From contig JAVZNC010000004.1 in assembly GCA_038882955.1 (NCBI GenBank), positions 126,349-190,348 on the forward strand: 64,000 nucleotides of DNA, written 5' to 3'. The stretch comes from Candidatus Bathyarchaeia archaeon (GTDB taxonomy: Archaea > Thermoproteota > Bathyarchaeia > Bathyarchaeales > Bathycorpusculaceae). Below are positions 56,915 through 64,000 of this stretch, piece after piece. Numbering within the stretch: position 1 is the first letter of the stretch; each line of letters starts with the position of its first letter. The notes under the pieces are model-generated. The model did no database searches. It had not been told where the DNA came from and was given only the letters and a program-made list of their open reading frames with translations. A program made the position numbers and the translations under genes.

Positions 56915-57855
56915 AATTTGTTGATCAAATCTTCAGGCTTTCTGATTTTTGAGATTTCCTCGCTGCTGACGCAGGGTATATCCTTGTCCACTGGCTTCTG
57001 CCTATCTGTGACGAGGATTGGATAGGCTCTTACAACCTTGCTTACGCTTAAGATTTCCTCAACCCTTCTCTCAAGTTTTTGCTCTTTGCCGCTTGCAACT
57101 CCGCCTATTATCTGAGTATTTCCTTCTGGAACTGTTATTACAAAGTCGAATGGCGCTTTTCTAACGGTTGTTATGTTGCATCTTGAAAACTTTTTCAAAA
57201 ATCTTCTCACAACCTTGTTCTTTGCGATTATCCGTTTGGCTTTTGTTAAGAAACATTTGCGCTGATTCCTGGGTTTTTCAAATATGTTTACTGGCTTGGC
57301 TATTGGAATCCCCAAGGCGCACATGAGGTTGTACGCGGCGGTTACTGATGCTTTAGCCATTCCACGTTCATAACCATAAAGGGTTCTTCGGGATAAGCCA
57401 ACCATTTCAGCCATTTCTCCAACGGACAAGCCTAACTCTTGCCTTCTGCGTCTTATAGCCTTGCAGTCTATCTCCACATAATATCCGCCTGGTCCAGCCT
57501 GCACGAGGGGACTAATTTTGTTAACAACAAAGTTTTCGAAGGTTTTTGGGGTTACAGCCACAATGTTGTAGCGTGAATAAACCGTGTCGTCCTCGAGTGG
57601 TCTTTCACGCATGCTTTCGCTTACAAGAAGTGGCGTTGCCCTAACACAGTTCGAAATTTTTTCAAGTTCGAAAAAGTCGTTTTGAGAGAGAGCATCAATA
57701 TCGCGGTGGACTTTAACAAAAACTAGAATTTCCTTTTTCCTTGCCGCAAAATCAAAACAGCTTGGACGTATGTAGCACTTTTCTGAAACAGTGAAACCAG
57801 CCTCTATCAGCGCGTTTTCTGGCGGTTTCGCCTTCTCCCTCTCCTCGCTAATCAT
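56911..57855 (-). CDS. Archaeal XRE-HTH transcriptional regulator (COG1395-like)
   Basis: SCFDFAARK, AGPGGYYV, RRRQELGLS...YERG. Confidence 0.85.
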   Translation of the reverse strand: MISEEREKAKPPENALIEAGFTVSEKCYIRPSCFDFAARKKEILVFVKVHRDIDALSQNDFFELEKISNCVRATPLLVSESMRERPLEDDTVYSRYNIVAVTPKTFENFVVNKISPLVQAGPGGYYVEIDCKAIRRRRQELGLSVGEMAEMVGLSRRTLYGYERGMAKASVTAAYNLMCALGIPIAKPVNIFEKPRNQRKCFLTKAKRIIAKNKVVRRFLKKFSRCNITTVRKAPFDFVITVPEGNTQIIGGVASGKEQKLERRVEEILSVSKVVRAYPILVTDRQKPVDKDIPCVSSEEISKIRKPEDLINKF

Positions 57856-57902
57856 CGCGATGTCACAAAAAATATCAGTGCATTGTCTGATATAAATTAT
57901 AC

Positions 57903-58598
57903 TTAAAACTGAGCAACTATCATGGCGTGAGCCTTATCATAAGGTTCTAGGTGAACGATTTCCTCTATGCGAAAGCCACGATTTTCCAGAACCTTAACTT
58001 CGCCCTTGTAGACTTCTTCCGGCTCCTTTGTCACGTCTATGCTCTGGGCTTTAACAGCAAGCATTATCCACCCAGATTTTTTTAGGAACGCGTCGGCGTT
58101 GTCTGCCAAAATTTTTGCTTGTTCTGGCTGTGCAATGTCGCAGTAAACATCGTCAACTTTTCCGCTTATGAAAACCGCGTACTTTTCTGGAAAACGGGCA
58201 TCCTCAAGTATTGGCAACATATTAACCCTATAAGCGCAAACATTGTTCACAAGCTCCCTCAGGGCTCGAGCTGCAAACTCAACGCAGTACACGTAGCCTT
58301 TTTCTCCGACAATGTCTGAAACATGGCTCGCCGTGGTTCCAGAAGCCGCACCCAAATAGAGCACTTTGTGTTCTGGCTTTATTGGAACAGTTCGCAAATT
58401 TTTCAATATTGCCGCCGCAAGTTTGCTGCGAAAGGCATCCCAAAGGCGATACTCAACGCCCTCATAACGGATTAGCCTCTCGCCATAAACGTTTCTTCCA
58501 AGCGCAAGGTTTCTTGTCGCGAGTCTTTGACTTCCATCCTCCAACGTCGCTTGATATATTGCTGGAAATTGCGGGTGAGGCTTAACTTTTACTTCCAC
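57903..58598 (-). CDS. flpA: Fibrillarin-like rRNA/tRNA 2'-O-methyltransferase
   Basis: VYGE, RSKLAAA, LYLGAASGTT.SH and DIAQP motifs. Confidence 0.96.
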   Translation of the reverse strand: MEVKVKPHPQFPAIYQATLEDGSQRLATRNLALGRNVYGERLIRYEGVEYRLWDAFRSKLAAAILKNLRTVPIKPEHKVLYLGAASGTTASHVSDIVGEKGYVYCVEFAARALRELVNNVCAYRVNMLPILEDARFPEKYAVFISGKVDDVYCDIAQPEQAKILADNADAFLKKSGWIMLAVKAQSIDVTKEPEEVYKGEVKVLENRGFRIEEIVHLEPYDKAHAMIVAQF

Positions 58599-59823
58599 GT
58601 TTTTTCTTTCTCCTCTTTTCCTTTTCATGTTTAGGCTTCTTTTCCTTCACCGGCGGAGGTTCGCTGTATTTTTCATGAATTTCTTCTATGCGCTTTTCCA
58701 AGTTAGCCTTCAACTCCTCGCCTATGTATCTTCCGCCAAAAGCGTCAGCCCTTGCAGCAATTGCCAGCTTGCCAGCCAAAGCCCTTGCAATTTTGCCTCT
58801 ATGCCACTTCTTCGCTTCATGCAGATAGGTATGCTGGAAAATTATCCCATGCTTAGGCGGTCTAGTTCCAGTTTTCAATGAACGGAAAAGCGCCTTTTCA
58901 GCGCCTATAACTTGTATTGTGCTTGCTGGTATTCTAGCAAGATTTGTTAAATCTCCAGCTAAAGCGATTAGGCGGGCTCCGAGCAAAGCGCCAGTTAAAG
59001 CCTTAACGTTCGGTGCAACTTCATCCATTGTTTTGTCTAAATAACTTTCAAGTTCTTGTCTGAGCTGGTACGTGGCAATTACGTTTTTGCATAAGTTTTG
59101 AATTTGCATCATGTCCCCATTTGAAAGCGCTGCGCCCATGGAGTTTTCAGCAGCCTTTGCTATTTGTTCAGCCTTTGCTTTTGGGATGCTCTCCATTTCA
59201 AGGTTTTCAACCGTGAAGTTTTCTCTGCTTCCAAGTTTTAAGACTAGACGCGCATATGTTTCATGCTTCTCCACTAAACGGTCAAGCTCTGGGAAGTGTA
59301 TGCCATACCATTCTCGGAGCCTTCCCATGAAAAGGTTTATCGCCTTGTCAAGGTCATCGAGCGTCTGTATCGCTTGAACTATTAACAAGTCTCTTTTTTC
59401 CACAGCAACCTTAACTCTCAGTTTGGCAATCTCCATTGTCAAATTGTGCATCCAAACCTTGAACTCTTCAGCGTCTCTAACAAAGCCTGATTCAACGGCA
59501 AAGTTCTCCATGTCTTGGCGGACGAACTTGCCAGCCTTTGAAGATTCCAAAAATTCCGTTATAACTTTAAAACGCCTTTTTACTTCTTCTGCAAGAGCAG
59601 CATTTTCAAAAACGAAAACGTCAAAACCGTTGCCCTTAAGCCTGTCAATGAGCATCGCAAGCTCTTCAACAACTTTGCCAGATTCAACCCTAAGGAGTGT
59701 TTGGGCTGCGTTCTGCGGGTTTTTCGAGAACAAAACCTTGTCTATAAGCCGATTCTCTTCGTTGAAAGCCAAAAAACCGAATGAACAGCCAATAATTGTC
59801 ACCTTCACGGATTTTCCCTCCAT
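58582..59823 (-). CDS. nop5: Box C/D RNP protein Nop5 (Nop56/58)
   Basis: REWYGIHFPEL, PASTIQVIGAEKALF, PPKHG and RGKIAR motifs. Confidence 0.96.
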   Translation of the reverse strand: MEGKSVKVTIIGCSFGFLAFNEENRLIDKVLFSKNPQNAAQTLLRVESGKVVEELAMLIDRLKGNGFDVFVFENAALAEEVKRRFKVITEFLESSKAGKFVRQDMENFAVESGFVRDAEEFKVWMHNLTMEIAKLRVKVAVEKRDLLIVQAIQTLDDLDKAINLFMGRLREWYGIHFPELDRLVEKHETYARLVLKLGSRENFTVENLEMESIPKAKAEQIAKAAENSMGAALSNGDMMQIQNLCKNVIATYQLRQELESYLDKTMDEVAPNVKALTGALLGARLIALAGDLTNLARIPASTIQVIGAEKALFRSLKTGTRPPKHGIIFQHTYLHEAKKWHRGKIARALAGKLAIAARADAFGGRYIGEELKANLEKRIEEIHEKYSEPPPVKEKKPKHEKEKRRKKKRGSKS

Positions 59824-59956
59824 ACTTGAAACTTAAGCCCTTACATATTCATCTTATTGTTTCAATAAATAGTTATTGGACACGCCTGTAAAGATGTTTA
59901 GCTACAAAAATCTTAAGTGTTTAAAACGGCTAATATTTTATCGCGAGAGCTTCCTT

Positions 59957-60175
59957 ATGAGCAACATAAAGACGGTTATAGAAAAGATAAGAAATTTGGA
60001 AAGCGAGAGGAAAAACCTCCTTCTAGAAATTGAGGAACTTAAGAAAATGGCTGACGCAAAGGCAAGAGCCCTGGAAAGCGAGATTAGTATGCTCCGAGAA
60101 GAAGTTAAGTCGCTGCGCATACTTTTAGGCGCCGAAGAACCACAACCAGAGGCAACGCCTAAAAAGAAAAAGTGA
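59957..60175 (+). CDS. Small coiled-coil protein (72 aa)
   Basis: Continuous heptad pattern; basic tail PKKKK. Confidence 0.75.
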   Translation: MSNIKTVIEKIRNLESERKNLLLEIEELKKMADAKARALESEISMLREEVKSLRILLGAEEPQPEATPKKKK

Positions 60176-60288
60176 AATGGAAAACGTCGCCCTTTACAGT
60201 GTCCGTTTCCCAACCTTTTAAATAGGCTTAAGTTGCTAAAATTAAAACTCAGCATATGATTTGCAATTAATGCTTACGGTGAAAATGG

Positions 60289-61206
60289 TTGAAAATAAAT
60301 TTAAACGTAAATTTAGGCGGCTTAAAAATTGCCAATCCAACAATGCTAGCATCTGGAGTTTTAGGCTACTCGACTGAAACTTTTGAAACAGTTGCTGCTG
60401 GAGGCGCTGGAGCCATCGTGACAAAGTCTGTTGGCTTAAAGCCGAGGACTGGCTATCCAAACCCAACAATCGTCCAAGCCAGCTGCGGTTTGATCAACGC
60501 TATGGGTCTTCCAAATCCTGGCATAGAAGAATTCGCAACGGAAATCCGTAAGGCAAAAAGCATCTTAAAAGTTCCATTAATTGTGAGCGTTTACGGTTTT
60601 ACAGCAGAAGAATACGCAGAAGCAGCGAAAAAGGCTGTTGAAGCTGGGGCTGACGCTGTTGAGCTCAATGTCTCATGTCCACACGTTAAGGAGACGGGCG
60701 CAGAAATTGGGCAGAACGCGAAAATTCTTGCGGAAGCCGTGAACAAAGTCAAAAAAGCTGTTGATAAGCATGTTATTGTTAAGCTTTCGCCAAATGTTAC
60801 AGATATCGTTGAAATTGCTGATGTCGCCGTTAAGGCTGGCGCTGATGGACTAACGGCAATAAACACTGTTAGGGCGATGGCAATAGACGTGGAAACAGCA
60901 ATGCCAATCCTAAGCAACAAGTTCGGCGGCTTATCCGGACCAGCCATAAAGCCGATAGCCCTAAGATGCGTCTACGAAATTTATGAGAATGTCAAAGTGC
61001 CCATAGTTGGTTGTGGCGGCATAACCAACTGGCGTGACGCTGTGGAGTTCTTGCTGGCTGGAGCTTCAGCCGTCCAGATAGGCACGGCTATGGCAATAAA
61101 AGGCTCAAATGTTTTTGGCTCTGTTGTTAGGGGGATAAGAGCCTACCTGAAAAGGAAGAATTTTAGGAGTGTTGAAGAGATTGTTGGCTTATCGCACCGC
61201 CGCTAA
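60289..61206 (+). CDS. pyrD: Dihydroorotate dehydrogenase family 1B, catalytic subunit
   Basis: LASG, TKS, NAMGLPNPG, ELNVSCP, KLSPN and GGLSGPAIKP motifs. Confidence 0.96.
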   Translation: MKINLNVNLGGLKIANPTMLASGVLGYSTETFETVAAGGAGAIVTKSVGLKPRTGYPNPTIVQASCGLINAMGLPNPGIEEFATEIRKAKSILKVPLIVSVYGFTAEEYAEAAKKAVEAGADAVELNVSCPHVKETGAEIGQNAKILAEAVNKVKKAVDKHVIVKLSPNVTDIVEIADVAVKAGADGLTAINTVRAMAIDVETAMPILSNKFGGLSGPAIKPIALRCVYEIYENVKVPIVGCGGITNWRDAVEFLLAGASAVQIGTAMAIKGSNVFGSVVRGIRAYLKRKNFRSVEEIVGLSHRR

Positions 61207-61999
61207 CAAACATAGGGCTACGCAAATAATAGAAATTGAAGATGTAAGCCCAACGGTTAAGAAGTTCACTTTTAAGGATAGGCTTTGCGCAAAAGCCATG
61301 CCTGGACAATTTCTGATGTTGTGGATTCCAAGCGTTGACGAAATTCCATTAAGCATATTAGGAGTTGAAGGAAAGACGGTTTCGGTTGCCGTAAAGAAGG
61401 TTGGAGAAGCCACAAAGGCATTGCACATGCTGAAGGTCGGCGCAACAGTTGGCGTCCGCGGACCTTTCGGCAACAGCTTTACGCTGAACTATGGCAGGGT
61501 TTTGATGGTTGGCGGTGGAACTGGCATTGCACCGCTGCTTTTTCTAGCAAAAAGGCTTATTAAAAAAGCTGAAAAACTTGTCTTCATCGCAGGCGCAAAG
61601 ACAAAAGAAGAACTACTTTTCATAAGCGAACTGGAAAAAGTTTGTGGCAAAAACTTAATCGCCACAACAGAGGATGGAAGCCACGGCATAAAAGGCTTGG
61701 CGACAGATCCGCTTAAAGAAAATTTGGCTAGGGAAAAATTTGACTTCATTTACACTTGCGGACCAGAGCAAATGATGCGGAAAGTCTTCGATTTAGCCGA
61801 AAAACATGGAACCGCCTTGCAAGCAAGCTTGGAACGGCTAATGCGCTGTGCAATCGGCTTATGCGGAAGCTGTGTTGTGGGTAATTATCGCGTTTGCAGA
61901 GACGGACCAGTTTTTAATTCCAATCAGCTAAAAAGTGTAAAGAACGAGTTCGGATTTTTGAAGCGTGACTTTTGCGGTAGAAAAGTTCCGCTGGAATAA
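61169..61999 (+). CDS. pyrK: Dihydroorotate dehydrogenase electron transfer subunit
   Basis: PGQF, RGPFG, GGGTGIAP, CGPE, CAIGLCGSC...CRDGPVF. Confidence 0.95.
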   Translation: MLKRLLAYRTAANKHRATQIIEIEDVSPTVKKFTFKDRLCAKAMPGQFLMLWIPSVDEIPLSILGVEGKTVSVAVKKVGEATKALHMLKVGATVGVRGPFGNSFTLNYGRVLMVGGGTGIAPLLFLAKRLIKKAEKLVFIAGAKTKEELLFISELEKVCGKNLIATTEDGSHGIKGLATDPLKENLAREKFDFIYTCGPEQMMRKVFDLAEKHGTALQASLERLMRCAIGLCGSCVVGNYRVCRDGPVFNSNQLKSVKNEFGFLKRDFCGRKVPLE

Positions 62000-62000
62000 A

Positions 62001-62501
62001 ATGCCAATAACACCCCTTCATGCACTGTCGCTAATGTTCTTACATTTCAGGGATAAAAGGAGATTCGACCCTCTTGCCTTGGCTGTTTCATCAACATTCG
62101 TCGACTTGGAAGCGGCATATTACTTGCTCATCATGGAGCCGTTAGACCATAGGCTTTGGCATGGCTTTGCGCTAGCCCTAACAGTCTATCCCGTACTAAC
62201 GACGCTTGGAGTTTACGCTGCTGGACGATCATTCGCTTCACAACTGCAATCCACATACAACAAATTGAGGCTCAAAACAAGCCAAGTGCAGTATTCAGCA
62301 TCAACAATTTATTACTGCAGCTTAGTAGGTGGCTTCACTCACATATTCTTTGACATGTTCACGCATAAAGACATGCCATACGTGCTGTACCCAATTGCCT
62401 ATGGAAATCCATTCTACATTGGAAACGCTTCATTAATGGTTGAAATTACAGTGATTTTGTTTGCATTTTATTCTCTCTTTGAATGGATTAAAGCGAAATG
62501 A
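62001..62501 (+). CDS. DUF4184/YdjM-like membrane-bound metal-dependent hydrolase
   Basis: MPITPLH, DLE, HRLWH and THIFFDMFTH motifs. Confidence 0.75.
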   Translation: MPITPLHALSLMFLHFRDKRRFDPLALAVSSTFVDLEAAYYLLIMEPLDHRLWHGFALALTVYPVLTTLGVYAAGRSFASQLQSTYNKLRLKTSQVQYSASTIYYCSLVGGFTHIFFDMFTHKDMPYVLYPIAYGNPFYIGNASLMVEITVILFAFYSLFEWIKAK

Positions 62502-62696
62502 AAAGTTTCCAAAATTTTAAATGATTATTATGTTAAGGGAAAATTTAAGCGGAGCCATAACAGTGCCAAACCCGGCTACAGCAGACACAGAAGTCGACTG
62601 ATATGTAGAAGTTTAAGGTCAATGCATATTAAGATAGAACAATTTTACAAAAAGTTTTTAAGATTTTAACATTAAAGGCTTTGACAAGGGGAGAAA

Positions 62697-63713
62697 ATGA
62701 AGGTAGATAAAAAGGTCTTAGCTTTAATAGTAATCATGTGCGTTATAACATTGCCAATAGCTTTTACATTGTACTCTTCCAAAGCCAATTTATCATCAGA
62801 AGCAACGCTCTTTATAGATCCACCGCTTTTAAGTTTCGACACGCTTGTTCTGGGGAAACGATTTTCTGTAAACATAACAGTGTTAAACGTTACCGACTTG
62901 AAAAGTTATGAGCTTAAGCTAAGTTACAACTCGATGATGCTGGATGTGGTAGGTGTTGCTTTTCTACCCGAAGTAAATCTGCCTGTTGGAAACTTGGCGG
63001 TTAACGACACTGAAGGCGTAATATGGATGAGCACCACTTATGAAGGCAACCCGATTACAACAAGCGGTCCTATTGCCTTAGCAACAATAACATTTAAGAT
63101 GATGAATCATGGAACATGCCCGCTGCACCTGTATGAAACAAAAATGTGGAATTCCACAAGTGGAGAGATCCCTCACTTCACTCAAGACGGAACAATTCTG
63201 ATACTGCGCCACGATGTAGCAATAACAGACCTAACGCTTTCAACTACAGAAACATATGTTGAAAGAATAGTTGAAATCAACGTTACTGCCAAAAACTTGG
63301 GAGACGTGACTGAAAACTTCACAGTTAAATTATACCATAACACCACTCTGCTTGGCTCATTCGACATTAACAATCTAGGTTCGGGCGTAAGCATTGTCAT
63401 AACATTTGAGTGGAACACCAGCGACGCAGCCGCTGGACACAATTATGAAATAAAGGCTGAAGCCACAACAGTTTCAGGCGAAGCGGACACATCAAACAAT
63501 CTGCTTGTGGATGGCATAATCAAAGTCAAAATTATTGGAGACATTAACAATGACGATTACGTAGACATAAATGACCTTAACGCTTGGGACGTTGCTTACG
63601 GAAGCAAGTCTGGCGATCCAAACTGGAACCCGCAGGCGGACATCAACAACGATGGCATAGTAGACAAGGCCGACGGAATGCTGATAATTGAGAACTATCA
63701 TAATACTCCATAA
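62697..63713 (+). CDS. Membrane-anchored cohesin-like + CARDB + dockerin protein
   Basis: N-terminal TM helix; cohesin-like (FSVNITV...YELKLSYN...LATITF); HDVAI...KNLG CARDB; duplicated GDINNDDYVDIND / ADINNDGIVDKAD. Confidence 0.8.
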   Translation: MKVDKKVLALIVIMCVITLPIAFTLYSSKANLSSEATLFIDPPLLSFDTLVLGKRFSVNITVLNVTDLKSYELKLSYNSMMLDVVGVAFLPEVNLPVGNLAVNDTEGVIWMSTTYEGNPITTSGPIALATITFKMMNHGTCPLHLYETKMWNSTSGEIPHFTQDGTILILRHDVAITDLTLSTTETYVERIVEINVTAKNLGDVTENFTVKLYHNTTLLGSFDINNLGSGVSIVITFEWNTSDAAAGHNYEIKAEATTVSGEADTSNNLLVDGIIKVKIIGDINNDDYVDINDLNAWDVAYGSKSGDPNWNPQADINNDGIVDKADGMLIIENYHNTP

Positions 63714-64000
63714 TAAAGCGATTAGTCAAATATACGCACAAGCAAGATTGAAAAAGAAGAGGATAGGCCAAATCATATTATCTCATTATACCCATAAAAT
63801 TTATGGGTAAGGTTATTTACGCAAAAAATGGCGCCCTCTCCCACAAAAATTCCCTTTTTTCTATTAACCGCAATTAATGGAAGTTCATTTGCTCAAAATA
63901 AAAATTATTGCCGAAATAAATGATAATTTTGGACAGTTGGCCTATAAAGATCATTTGACCATAAACGTTTTCGAAAATCTTAAATGAAAATGATTTGATA

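Noticed and set aside
62530-62610. Riboswitch-like words (AAGGGAA, GTGCCAAACCC) upstream of the cohesin gene
   Set aside because: Could not build a SAM-I or cobalamin aptamer secondary structure
572-63701. Numerous antisense or overlapping 60-175 aa ORFs in the track (e.g. 9466-9984, 13328-13795, 50381-50908)
   Set aside because: Shadows of well-supported overlapping genes, with non-protein-like composition
1-64000. CRISPR arrays, tRNA/rRNA genes, transposases, integrases, Sec/Pyl read-through
   Set aside because: No regularly spaced repeats, T-loop/cloverleaf signatures, DDE or tyrosine-recombinase motifs, or in-frame stop-interrupted known genes were seen by eye

Overview
A 64 kb gene-dense archaeal chromosome segment. 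Archaeal markers include Nop5/fibrillarin, L35ae, Trm1, membrane-type LonB, tungsten/Mo AOR and cdrS-ftsZ. Fae, FtsZ, PadR pairs and cohesin/dockerin proteins together suggest Bathyarchaeia (inference). Most genes are housekeeping or metabolic: feoAB-dtxR, hemL, mobA, trmI, mdh, acdA, mtaB, metG, rnhB, pyrD/pyrK. I found no rRNA, tRNA, CRISPR array or transposase. Manual reading recovered elements missing from the ORF track: a dual-guide C/D box sRNA (17657-17722), CdrS, several micro-ORFs, a frameshifted zinc-ribbon gene and operator palindromes. Best novel-system candidates: (1) a PadR pair, a degenerate isoprenyl-diphosphate-synthase homologue, an unannotated 20-aa basic peptide, an MFS and an rSAM/SPASM enzyme, resembling a ComQ/ComX-like or RiPP peptide-prenylation locus; (2) a DapA-aldolase/Fae fusion divergent from a 446-aa unknown; (3) a wHTH plus MinD/ParA operon preceded by helically phased repeats; (4) a membrane-tethered wHTH with a shared operator upstream of two envelope genes. 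All family calls come from motif recognition by eye; no searches were run.
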